DNA of 64,000 bases. It comes from the human T2T-CHM13v2.0 reference genome, Homo sapiens. Where the stretch lies: assembly GCF_009914755.1 (NCBI RefSeq), contig NC_060934.1; one strand, given 5' to 3'. Shown piece by piece: positions 1 through 12,302 of the stretch; position 1 is the stretch's first letter; each line of letters starts with the position of its first letter. The notes under the pieces are model-generated. The model ran no database searches and was not told the origin of the DNA. It was given only the letters and a program-made list of their open reading frames with translations. A program made the position numbers and the translations under genes.

Positions 1-208
1 GAACATCACACTCTGGGGACTGTTGTCGGGTGGGGGGAGGGGGGAGGGATAGCATTGGGAGATATACCTAATGCTAGATGACGAGTTAGTGGGTGCAGCA
101 CACCAGCATGGCACATGTATACATATGTAACTAACCTGCACATTGTGCACATGTACCCTAAAACTTAAAGTATAATAATAATAAAAAAAAACAACAAAAA
201 AAAGAAAA
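1..208 (+). mobile_element. Young L1 (L1PA2-like) 3' UTR and poly(A) tail; 5' part lies outside the window
   Basis: G-rich tract, then GATATACCTAATGCTAGATGACGAGTTAGTGGGTGCAGC (GAG at the Ta/pre-Ta diagnostic site, so not L1HS-Ta), CCTAAAACTTAAAGTATAAT and an A tail. Confidence 0.9.
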
Positions 209-482
209 GTTGCTTAATGGGTACAAACATATTATTATATAGAAGAAATATGATTTATTATTTGACAGTATAGTATGGAGACTACAGTTAAAAATAATTC
301 ATTGCATATTTCAAAATGGTTAGAAGAAAAGAATTGGAATGTGCTCAACATAAAAAAATAATAAATTCTTGAGCTGATGGATATCCCAGTTACCCTCATT
401 TGATTATTACACATTGTACACATGTATCAAAATATAACATGTATCCCATAAATATGTATATTATATACCAAATTTTTAAAAA
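209..482 (+). mobile_element. Older L1MA-type 3' UTR end, host of the young L1
   Basis: TTAATGGGTACAAA...TGATGGATATCCCAGTTACCCT...ATGTATCCCATAAATATGTA resembles L1MA 3' termini. Confidence 0.75.
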
Positions 483-651
483 GCTTTCATTCTAGAACCA
501 AAGATTGCTTTGGTAAACAAAGAAAGTGGTCTGCACTCCGGAATTCTGCAGTCAGAATTGACTGTATACTTAGATCATTCATTGTTCCCTTTGAACCTCA
601 CATTTGTGACAGAAGTTTCAACTCATAATATTTCTATAAGTTAGGCAGGAC

Positions 652-1289
652 GTATACACTGTTGGTGGGAATGTAAATTACTTCAGCTACTGTAGAAAGT
701 GGTTTGGAGATTTCTCAAGGAACTTGAAACAGAACTACCATTTGACCCAACAATCCCATTACTAAGTATATACCCAAAGCAAAATAAATCATTCTACCAA
801 AGAGACACATGCACCCATATGTTCATCTCAGCACTATTCACAATAACAAAGACATGGAATCAACCTAGGTGCCCATCAGCGATGGACTGGATAAAGTAAA
901 TGTGGCACATATATACCATGGAATACTAAAAGACCAAAAACATGTCCTTTGCAGCAACATGGATGAAGCTGGAGGCCATTATCCTAAGCAAATTAATGCA
1001 AGCACTGAAAACAAAATACTGCATGTTATCACTTATAAGTGGAAGCTAAACATTGAATACACACACACATAAAGATGGGAGCAATGAACAATAAGGACTG
1101 CTGAAGGAGGAAGGGAGAAAGGGAGGGAGGGCTTAAGGACTGGGGGACTGCCAATTGGGTGCTGTGCTCACTGCCTTGAGTGACAGGATCATCCATACCT
1201 CAAACCTCAGCATCATGCAGTGTTCCCATGTGACAGACCTGTGCATGTACCCTCTGAATCTAAAATAAAAGTTGAAATTATTTTTTAAA
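652..1289 (+). mobile_element. 5'-truncated L1PB/late-L1PA 3' end with 14-bp TSD
   Basis: ORF2 C-terminal peptide in ORF 699-899 (ELPFDPTIPLLSIYPK...KTWNQPRCPS). TSD AAGTTAGGCAGGAC at 638-651 and 1290-1303. Confidence 0.9.
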
Positions 1290-1303
1290 AAGTTAGGCAG
1301 GAC

Positions 1304-1430
1304 TTAGCAAGATTATCCCCATTGTATGGATTCTGAGTCTCAGAGTCTCAGTGACTTACAGCTGGAAAATGATAGGTCTAGAACCAGAATGTGAGCCCTC
1401 AGAAGCCAAGTCTATTACTTGTGTCCTACA
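1304..1430 (-). mobile_element. MIR fragment (interrupted by the L1 at 652-1289)
   Basis: TTATCCCCATTGTATGGA...GAGTCTCAGAG...GTGACTT resembles the antisense MIR core. Confidence 0.5.
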
Positions 1431-1734
1431 CCATGCATGGCTCTACAGATGGTCAAAGTATTAGCAGACATATGGAAGGGGTGTGACTGTTTGGCTGCTA
1501 TTGGAGCAACACATTGTGATGAGCATGACACAATCATTGCTGAGCTCCTGAGGTAGGCAATATACTAAGAAAGGGTAGCATTAAACTCTTTGCATAATGG
1601 CACAAAATGTGGTCACCCAGTAGAGAAAAAAAAGGAAAATGAAAAAAAAAGTTGTATCTTATGAATAAGCTCACAGGTTGGAATATCGGCCTAGCTCTGT
1701 CACTAACCACTTCCCATTGAGACCCTGGATTGGT

Positions 1735-2130
1735 CTACCAGTCATATCCTAACAGGAGACAGATGGCAAAGGGGAGTTTCGGGAAGAGATTATTTTTAAA
1801 ATTATAGGAGGGTTAAGGAAAATCAACAAGGAATATAAAACTCCTGAGATTAGCAACCTAGGGAAACTGCTACTACCTTTAGTGCAATGGGAGAGAGAGA
1901 ACAAGAACCCCTTTAGACCTGACAAGGATGAGTGAGAGGAAAAATTATCCAACTTCTCTTTCTTCCTACCCTCTGATCTCATTCCAATGACTCCTTTTGG
2001 CCAAACTTAACTGGAAGTCAGATGGTATGGAAGTTCATTAATGCAGTCTATAGACATCAGCTTCCCAAGATATGGAATGGGAAGGAGAAGGGTGGAATGT
2101 AGATCTGGAGAGAAAAACAGAAAAAAATGT
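1735..2130. mobile_element. LTR33-like ERVL LTR
   Basis: TTGGCCAAACTTAACTGGAAGTCAGA...ATGCAGTCTATAGA...GGAGAAGGGTGGAATGTAGATCTGGAG resembles the LTR33 terminal block. Confidence 0.55.
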
Positions 2131-3127
2131 ACAATTATTAATAATAATTTTGTAAGATGGAGAGAATAAAAATGTCCATCTTTTTAAAAACTGTAATTGT
2201 ATGGGAGATAATGACTGCAAAGGGCTTATGTAGCCTTTCAATACATATTATTTGCAAAGCAGTTCTCTGACAAAGGAGGACACGGGCATTAATATGAAAA
2301 TTTTCTGTATCCACATGGCATCATTATTTTTGGGGTGTTTTAATACAATTTACCCATAATTGCACAACGTCTGTGGACTAGGGTTAGGGAGTAGTAGGCT
2401 CAGCTACCCAAAGACATTGAGGGTGGTAGAGGGCAGAAGCATTTCTTCATTACATTGGTAGTTCTTAGCTCTAGAGAATGAAGAAATGCTGTCTTAGTAG
2501 TGATAACTATGGCTTACAGAAACATGTGTGGGGCTTGATTTTCTTATCAGAGCTTCTAAAATAAATGAAACAGTTTTGTAATAACATTCAAGCAAAAATG
2601 AGGCACTCGAGTCATATAATAGTGTCTGGGAAGGAATATTCTTGTCCCCCACTTTACCAGGCTGTGAAGACCAATAGTAAAGGGACTATCTCTATTTTTA
2701 CAGCTGGAGGCACTGATTGCTTTTCAGTTTCACACAGATGGGAACATATTTTTAGCTTAAAAGAAGGAATTCTCTGAAGTTTTGAATTTTATTTTTCTGG
2801 ATTTGTAAAGATAAAGGATTTGTGACATAGAGTTTTAATTATAGGTCTAAGGAACATTTAAAATAGCTCTCATCTAACTCCACCAGCTGCCTATTAATGT
2901 CCCAAGCTCACTAGATTGATATGATCACTGTCTGTATTTAAGAATGATGGGAAAATTGAAGGGACAGAGGAGAGAAGAGAGAGTGCTAGAGAGTACAGAA
3001 ATAATGAACAATTTTGATAAAAATTTAGAATTGATACTTTCAAATTTAAGGGTTTATATGGGAAGAAAGAGCAGAGTGATTGAGGCTAGTCAAAGGAAAC
3101 AGCAAAATATTCACTTCTAGGAGACAC

Positions 3128-3330
3128 TATTCCTTCACTAACACACTCAACAAATATTTACTGAGCAACTGCTACGTGTCAAGCACTGTTCTAGATGCTG
3201 GAAATACAGAAAACAACAGACAAGATAAGTGTGCTCATCATGGGCAAGTGACATTTGAAAGATAGGCAGGAGCCAGTTCATAGAAGGTATGTAGATATGA
3301 GTAAGAAGTTCGGATTTTATTCTATGGGTG
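3128..3330 (-). mobile_element. L2 3' end
   Basis: CAACAAATATTTACTGAGCAACTGCTACGTGTCAAGCACTGTTCTAGATGCTGG, the typical antisense L2 tail. Confidence 0.7.
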
Positions 3331-4120
3331 TAGTAATGTAGCATAGAGAATCCATTCTTCTACAAATTACAGACTGCCCTATCTTACTGGTTTTTAAAAA
3401 AGAGAAGATTTATTACCTCACATAATCAATTCCAAAGTAGGGTAACTCTAGAAATAGTTAACTTAGTATCTCAATAATGTCCTCAAAGACCCAGGTATTT
3501 TATACCTGACTGTTTTGTAATCCTTAGTATGCTGCTTTTGTCTGCATGATTGCAAGATAGGTATTTAAGTTTTACCCTGCAACCTGTAGATATGAAATAT
3601 TTTAGGTAGATAAGAATGTATTAATTAAGAGTAGATTTAATGGCAATAATTGAAATAAATACAAACAGCTTAAAGAGAGAAATGTATTTCTTTTTGTATA
3701 AAAAGAAGTATAGGTTAAGCAGTCCATGGTTATTACGGTGTTTCCTTGGTGTTATCAGGAAGGTTCCTTCCAGCTCACTGCCCCATCATCCCTATAGCAA
3801 GAAACCCATTTTTAGAGACAAATATGGCTGCCAATGTTCTAGGTATTTTCTTCACTCCTTAAAAATAAAAATGTAATGAGGAAGGAAGAAAAGAGTTGTA
3901 TCCTCTATCTTTTAAGAGGACTTCCCAGAAGTAACTCATAACATCTATTTAAATCTTATTAGAGAGAACTTAATTGCAATGCCACATTTATCACCAATGA
4001 AATCTGTGAAATATGGTTTTATGGCAGGACATCAATATGTCCAGCTAAAAATTAGGAATTTATTAACAGAGAATAAGAGAAAAATGAATATTGGGGAGAA
4101 ACAGGAAGTCTCTGGCACCA
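3330..4120 (-). mobile_element. Degenerate MLT1 (MaLR) LTR fragments
   Basis: TTTATTACCTCACATAA...CAAAGACCCAGG and AATATGGCTGCC...CTTCCCAGAAG...GAATATTGGGG blocks. Confidence 0.45.
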
Positions 4121-4199
4121 AGAAGTATCTTCTTTTCCTCATGTCTTAATTTGAATATAAAGAAACTTCCAGAAGCATTATAAAAGATAGCTTAGTTAT

Positions 4200-4420
4200 G
4201 TAGACTGTGAAGTTAGGATAAAAAGTTTTGGAATAAGAAAGCATTGGTTTTAAATCCCAGCTCTGCTATGTAGAAGCTTTGTAAGCTTCTGTAAGATACT
4301 TTATCGCTCTGAGACTCAATTTGCTAATATATAAAATGGGCATTCTAAGTTCACAAAGTTTTTAGGCATATTAAATGAAATCATATATTGCAACAAATGA
4401 AGATAGTAATAATAATTAGG
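4200..4420 (+). mobile_element. MIR
   Basis: TTAAATCCCAGCTCTGCTA...CTCTGAGACTCAATTTGCTAATATATAAAATGGG core. Confidence 0.65.
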
Positions 4421-5189
4421 AATGATTTCAAAGGACAGCTGAATTTCACTATTAGGATCATCCTAGTGACTAATATAGTTCAGTAGTTGATTTGATCCTT
4501 TGTAATACAAAGTGTCAATGATTCTGGATGGACTCTGTTACCAGATAGTGCACGGGGGCCTTTGACTCATCAGACTCTCTATAGGCCATGTATATGAGTA
4601 TCAGAACTTGGTCTTTGGTGTCATAGAAGATATGAATCCTTTCTTTGGTTTTATTATTTGCCATTTTCCATCAAGGAGGACTCTAGGAACTTTTAGAATT
4701 GTCTGAAGTTGGGAACTCAGCTGCAAAATATAAACTATCATAACATATGGTATGGAGTACAACTAATGCTAAAGCTCCAAAAGGAGATGAAAATCCAAAG
4801 GAACTAAAAATACTCTTTAAAAACCTTTTTTAGTGTAGCTGCTTCTTTGTTAAACCAGCTGTTACTAACTCCACAGGGCATTTCTCACATAGGACTATGT
4901 TTTTTTTCTTATGATTTAATTCTTGTACCTCAAACTGAATTGTGTTGCAATATTTTTATAATTCTACTACTGAAAGAGAGAGGGACAATGAAAGAGTTAA
5001 AAGGCCGAAGGAAGATTTATGAAGAGTTGTGAATACCCAAATCAAAGTATGGTAGTAAGGTAGGGAAAGCTAGAAAGATAGCCAAGAAAATCATGATATG
5101 AACAATAAGCATGCTCTTTATGGAGAACAGCTGCAGATCTAGCAAATTAAGATATGCGCAGCCTGAAAAATATTAAATAATCTCAGCTC

Positions 5190-5375
5190 CCCATCTCATT
5201 AGCTTGGGATCTTGGCCTCAGCAAAGTTACTTAATGTCTTTGAACAATACCCTCATTTCTAAAACAGAAATGATAATAGCAATGCCTACTGCATTGTACG
5301 ATTGTGAGGGTTAAATGAGACAATGTGTTGCCTTGCACACATAGCCTACAATGTATTTAATGATTATTATGATAA
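5190..5375 (+). mobile_element. MIR
   Basis: AAGTTACTTAATGTCTTTGAA...TGATAATAGCAATGCCTAC...GTGAGGGTTAAATGAGA. Confidence 0.6.
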
Positions 5376-5542
5376 TTTACTTTTTAATAAAAAGTTCATA
5401 TTTGTGAAAAATGCAATATAGAAAAAGATGAAATGGAGAAAAAAATTATCTTCAGCAGGTACTGTATAAGAAAGAAACCTTGTAGTCATATGCCCATCCT
5501 CAAATGAGTTAACCTTCTTTTGATTCCCCAAACTGCCTAATA

Positions 5543-5903
5543 TTATTCAATTTCAAGAAAGAAGAAAATCCTGTCATATGTTGCTACCTGAATGAAACTT
5601 GAGAACATTATGCAAAGTGAAACAAGCCAATCACACAAAACAAATAGTGCATTATTCCGCTTATATGAAATATCTAAAGTAATTAAACTCATAGAGGCAG
5701 AAAGCAGAATGGTGGTTGCCAGGGGTTGACGGAATAATAGGAAGTTGTTCAATGGATACAGAGTTTCAGCCATGCAAGTTATAAAAGTTCTAAAAATCTA
5801 TTGTATAATAAACAGTATACATAAAGTTAACAATACTGTAATGTACACTTAAAAATTATTAAGAGGATAAATTTTTGTATGTGCCTTTTTCCACAATAAA
5901 AAA
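5543..5903 (+). mobile_element. L1MB-type 3' UTR (copy 1)
   Basis: AAATCCTGTCATATG...GAATGGTGGTTGCCAGGGG...AGAGTTTCAG...AAAGTTAACAATACTGTA...CCACAATAAAAAA. Confidence 0.8.
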
Positions 5904-6259
5904 CAAGACAATTCTGACACACAGTATAACATAAATGAACCTTGAAGACATAAGCTAAGTGAAATAAGTTAGTCACAAAAAGGCACATATTGTGTCATTC
6001 CGCTTATATGATGTACCTAGTAGTCAAATTCATAGAGATAGGAAGTAGAATGGTGGCTGCCAGGGGCTGAGGGAGGAATGTGGAGTTATTGTTTAATGGG
6101 TATAGAGTTTCAGTTTGGGAAGATGAAAGTTGTGGAGATAGATGGTCGTGATGGTTGCACAACAATGTGATTGTACTTAATATCATTGAATTCCACACTT
6201 AAAAATGGTTAAAATGGTATATTTTATGTTACACATAGTTTACCACAGTAACAAAAAAC
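5904..6259 (+). mobile_element. L1MB-type 3' UTR (copy 2, different subtype)
   Basis: ATGAACCTTGAAGACAT...GAATGGTGGCTGCCAGGGG...GATGGTTGCACAACAATGTGA...AAAATGGTTAAAATGGT. Confidence 0.8.
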
Positions 6260-6583
6260 ACTGCCTTTCCTGTGTTGTAATTGACTAGTGTGTCTTCACA
6301 ATTGAGCTGAACTCTTGCTAGCATGGCCAACTAAGTGCTTAAACAGCTACTGTATTCAAGGGTCCTTGGAAGAACGGACCCCATTTGCCTGTGCAATGTG
6401 TGATACTTTGTGCACCATGAAAGAAATAAGCTTTGCTTAGATAACATTTTCTAAAAAGGACTCTGTCTGATTTGACCTCTATAAGCACGAGAACCAAGGA
6501 TGTTTTTCCTTCTAGAAAAATAACTAATGAGAATTCTTAAACTCAGAACTTTAAGAAAGTGGCAAAAAGATTTGTTGAGTATG

Positions 6584-7038
6584 TGGTATAGTTAGGGTAT
6601 GTTTTGAATGTCTCCACCAAAACTTATGTTGACCTTAGATCCCCAATGTGGCAGTGTTGGGAGGTAGAGCCTAGTGGGAGGTGTTTGGGTCATGGGGGAG
6701 GATCCCTCATGAATGGCTTGGTGCTGTTCTCTAGGTAGTGAGTTGGTTCTTGCTCTCACAAGACTGGATTAGTTCTTGCAGGAATGCATTAGTTCCTGCA
6801 AGAGTGGGTTGTTATAAAGCCAGGATGCCCCTCAGGTTTTCCTCTCTTCACATATATCTGCTTCCTTTTTGATCTTCTTCACCATGTTGTGACAAAGCAC
6901 AAAAGCCCTTGCCAGAAGCCAGGGTCACACCTTGAGTTTTTCTCAGCCTGGAGAACTGTGAGCTAAATAAACCTCTTTTCTTTATAAACTACGCAGTTTC
7001 AGATATTCTTTTATAGCAACATAAAGCAGACTAAGACA
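6584..7038 (+). mobile_element. MST (MSTB-like) MaLR solo LTR
   Basis: TG...CA ends. CCCCAATGTGGCAGTGTTGGGAGGT, AATAAACCTCTTTTCTTTATAAA, GACTAAGACA. 5-bp TSD GTATG/GCATG (one mismatch). Confidence 0.85.
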
Positions 7039-8354
7039 GCATGTTTCAAAATATTCTTTTAGACCATAACAAGTTTGTAATATACATTTAGAGATGGCAT
7101 ATTTTAAAGATTATTTTGGGAGTCCTTAGACTAACTTACAATTCTTCCCCAGTAAAGAATTATTGTCAGTTTTTCAATAGAGGGGCAAAGTAGATTGTTC
7201 TTATTCGATTTTATTCTTTTCCAGACTCTGTACCACATTGTTATATCCCATGAAATTTGCATAGTGTGTCACTTATTGCTTCCAGGCCCTTATTTATGAG
7301 TTCTTAAACTTAGGTATCTTGAACTTAGGTACACAGCTGATTAAAGTAGAGTCATTTTGCTCTGAGTCTTTATGAACTAATTTCTATGGAAGCCTTTACT
7401 TCTTCCAAAATAATAAATACCATGCTAGCTGTCCAAATTATTTGCCCCTCTACTTTCTTTTCTGTGATCATCAATTTTTTTTTTTTTATTTTATGGAAGG
7501 TATAGTTGGCAAAAAGAGTCACTTTCTGCTCATATCAAAAGCTGGAAACAAGTACACAGCACTGTAGACACTTCCTATGCTAAACCTTCACGCATACTGC
7601 TCACCCTCTTAAAACGGTACAGTATTAAAACTTCAGAGCAACATAGTTGTACTCCTTATGTACAATATCATTTAGATTTCATAAGGTGAACATCTTTTTA
7701 AATGGAAGTTCATGTTGAGGTAAAGAGGCATTTTCCTTAAGTGTTTGTTTATAAGCAAATTTAAAATAGTTTGTAAAATCTGCAAAGCACCGAGAAATAA
7801 GGATAATGAATATCTTTTAAGTTTATAAGTGAGCTTCCAAGAAAGCAAGGGAGTCTCCAAGAGCCACAAAGAGAAAGAAAGTTGAATAACAGACTGTTAA
7901 ACAAATACTGAAGCTATGGCTGCCTTGCAAATAGTTGGTATTTCCAACCTCCATAACAAAAGTATTGGATTTCAGCAGCTACACAATGACATAGACAAGA
8001 TGTTGGGCCTACGTAAAGTAGTTAGATTGTTACTGAGACTCCTGAATAAAGTTGCAAAGGACCAAATTATTAGTGAAAATTAGAATTTAAAAACAGCTAT
8101 GTGTTGTAAAGGCAGATGACATAAAACTCTTCTATTTCAGCAAAGGCTTTAGTAGAAAATTTTTCTTGCAATTATACACCTGTCCTCAATGGATCTATGG
8201 TTCAAATTGACCCTTTCTCTGGTGTCAGGAAACTAAGAAATTAAAGTGTTCAAGGATAATAGCAAGCCAAGGAACTTGGAATAATGAAATGCAAACATGT
8301 TTGGGGATCAAACCCTCAACACAGGCCACCCACAATTTTATACAAAAATTCTGA

Positions 8355-10478
8355 TTGAAGAAGCATTCCCCTTGAAAACCAGCATGAGATGAGGATGCCT
8401 TCTGTCACTATTCCTATATAACACAGTATTGGAAGTTCTGACCAGGGCAATGAGGCAAGAGAAAGAAATAAAGGGTATTCAAATAGGAAGGGAGGAAGAC
8501 AAAATGTCTTCCTTTGTAGATGATGTATGCTATATCTAGAAAACCCCATTGTCTCAGCTCAAAAGCTTCTTAAGCTGATAAACAACTTCAGCATAGTCTC
8601 AGGATACAAAATCAATGTGCAGAAGTCACAGGCATTCTTATACAACAACAGGCAAGCAGAGAGCCAAATTACAAATGAACGCCCATTCACAATTCCTACG
8701 AAGAGAATAAAATGTCTAGGAATACAGTTAACAAGGGAAGTGAAGGATCTCTTCAAGGAGAACTACAAAACTTTGTTCAAGGAAACCAGAGAGGACACAA
8801 ACAAATAGAAAAGTATTGCATGCTCAAGGACAGGAAAAATCACTATCACAAAAATGGCCATACTGACCAAAGCAATTTATAGATTCAATGCTATTCCCAT
8901 TAGACTACCATTGACATTCTTCATAGAATTTTAAAAAATCATTTTAAAATTTATATGGGACCAAAAAAGAGCCTGTCTAGCCAAGACAATTCTAAGCAGA
9001 AAGAACAAAGCTGGAGGCATCACCTAACGGACTTCAAACTATTCTATAAGTCTACAGTAACCAAAACAGCATGATGCTGGTACAAAAACAGACACATAGA
9101 CCACTGAAACAGAATAGAGAACTCAGAAATAAGATTGCACATCTGCAACCATCTGATCTTTGACAAACCTGACAAAAACAAGCAATGAGGAAAGGATTCC
9201 CTATTTAATAGATGATGCTGAGAGAACTGGCTATCCATTTGCAGGAAATTGAAACTGGACCCCTTCCTCACACCTTATACAAAAATTAACTCAAGATAAA
9301 TTAAAGATTTAAATGTAAAACCCAAAACTATAAAAACCTTAGAAGAAAATCTAGGCAATACAATTCAGGACGTAGGCTTGGGCAAAGATTTCATGATGAA
9401 ATCACCAAAATGATTGCAACAGAAGCAAAAATTAACAAATGAGATCTAACTAAATTAAAGAGTTTCTGCACAGCAAAAACAAACAAACAAACAAACAAAA
9501 ACTATCATCAGAGTGAACAGGCAACCAACAGAGTGGGAGAAAATCTTTGCAATCTATCCATCCGACAAAGGTCTAATACCCAGGATCTACAAGGAACTCA
9601 AACAAATTTACAAGAAACAAAATAAACAACCCCATTAAAAAGTGGGCAAAGGACATGAACAGATACCTCTCAAAAGAAGGCATTCATGCAGCCAACAAAG
9701 ATGAAAAAATCTCAACATCATTGATCGTTAGAGAAACGCAAATCAAAACCACAATGAGATACCATCTCGTGCCATCAGAACGACCATTATTAAAAGTCAA
9801 GAAACAACAGATGCTGGTGAGATTGGGGAGAAATAGGAACGCTTTTATACTGTTGGTGTGAATGTAAATTAGTTCAGCCATTGTGGAAGATGAAGTGGAA
9901 ATTCCTCAAAGATCTACAACCAAAAATACTATTTGACCCAACAATCCAATTACTGGGTATATACCCAAAGGAATATAAATCATTCTAGTACAAAGATACA
10001 TGTATGCATATATTCATTGCAGCACTATTCACAATAGCAAAGACATGGAATCAACTCAAATGCCCATCAATGATAGACTGGATAAAGAAAATGTGGTACA
10101 TATACACCATGAAATACTATTTAGCCATAGAAAGGAATGAGATCATGTCATTTGCAGGGACATGAATGAAGCTGGAAACCATCATCATCAACAAACTAAC
10201 GCAAGAACAGAAAACCAAACACTTATAAGTGGGAGCTGAACAATGAGATCACTTGGACACAGGGAGGGGAACAACACACACTGGGGCCTGCTGGGGGTGG
10301 TCTGGGGGGAGGGAGAGTATTAGGAAAAATAGTCAATGCATGCTGGGCTTAATACCTAGGTGATGTGTTGGTAAGTGCAGCAAACCACTATGGCACACGT
10401 CTACCTATGTAACAAACCAACACATCCTGCAAATGTACCGCAGAACTAAAAATAAACATTAAAATGAACAAACAACAA
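8355..10478 (+). mobile_element. 5'-truncated L1PA (mid-primate, approx. L1PA11-13), ORF2 RT to 3' UTR, disrupted
   Basis: ORF 8527-8808 [21 protein letters not shown]...[14 protein letters not shown] is L1 ORF2 RT. Many stops. TSD AAAAATTCTGA at 8344-8354 and 10479-10489. Confidence 0.93.
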
Positions 10479-10489
10479 AAAAATTCTGA

Positions 10490-11290
10490 GTATAAGGATA
10501 TAATTGAAAATTATAAAATAAGTGGTGCAGTATAAAACAAGCCATCATGAGTGAGTGACAATAAAAACAACAAAGAGCACAATTCAACCTGGAAATATTC
10601 CAAATAAACTTAAGTTCTGCTTAAAAACATAAAAGTAAGATAAAAATAAAAGATGGGGGTTTTATGCTCAATAGTGGTACAGTAGTTATGATCAGATAAA
10701 TTCTCCCCCATATAATAACTGTAAACTGGAGATATGTCTTAAATATAAAGACACAGAAAGTTGAGAATAAAAGGATGAAAAAAGACATATCATGCAAATA
10801 ATAAGCATGAGAAGGCTAAGGAATCAAAATAATGTAGACACTACAGAGTTTACCAGAGACAAAGAGTGATATTTGGATATTTCATAGGTAAAATGTTGAA
10901 TTAATAAGAAAGACATAACAATCATAAATCTTCATGCATCTAAAAAGTTTCAAAACATATGAAGCAAAAATTGATGGAATAAAAGGGAGAAATATATAAA
11001 TTCATTATCATAGTTGGAGATTTTAAAAATTCTCTCAGAAATGGATAAAACAACTAGGCAGAAATAAGTAAAGACATAATATCTGAAAAATAATATTGAA
11101 TATTGACCAGAATGATCTAATTGACATTTACAGTATATTACACACAATAAATGCAAACTAGACATTCTTTTCCAGTGAACATTGTAATTTCAACCATATA
11201 GACCATTTGCTGGGCTAGTACAGTCTGCAGTATATTCTCTTATCATAATGGAATTAAATTAGTACCAATAAGAACAAGTTATCTAGAAAC
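10490..11290 (+). mobile_element. Old L1M fragment (ORF2 endonuclease region)
   Basis: AAATATAAAGACACAGAAAG...ATAGTTGGAGATTTTAA (VGDF motif)...GACCATTTGCTGGGC. Confidence 0.65.
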
Positions 11291-11340
11291 CTCAATAGTT
11301 TTTCTGGCTTAAACCTGTCTACTAATTAGGATCACATGAG

Positions 11341-12161
<821 letters not shown>

Positions 12162-12302
12162 AAGAACTTTAAAAACATACTGAGACCCTGGTTCAATCCC
12201 AGATCAATTAGCTCAGAATTTTTGTGAATTGGGGACCAGGTATATTTTTTTCCTCCTAAACTCCCAAAATAATTCTCATTTGCAGGGTTGAGAAATATTA
12301 CA
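12162..12302. mobile_element. MER5-like hAT-Charlie MITE fragment
   Basis: CCCAGATCAATTAGCTCAGAAT...AAACTCCCAAAATAATTCT...GGGTTGAGAA. The other part is probably at about 11305-11340. Confidence 0.5.

Noticed and set aside
7302-7331. 15-bp tandem duplication TCTT(A/G)AACTTAGGTA
   Set aside because: Ordinary slippage duplication with no further structure
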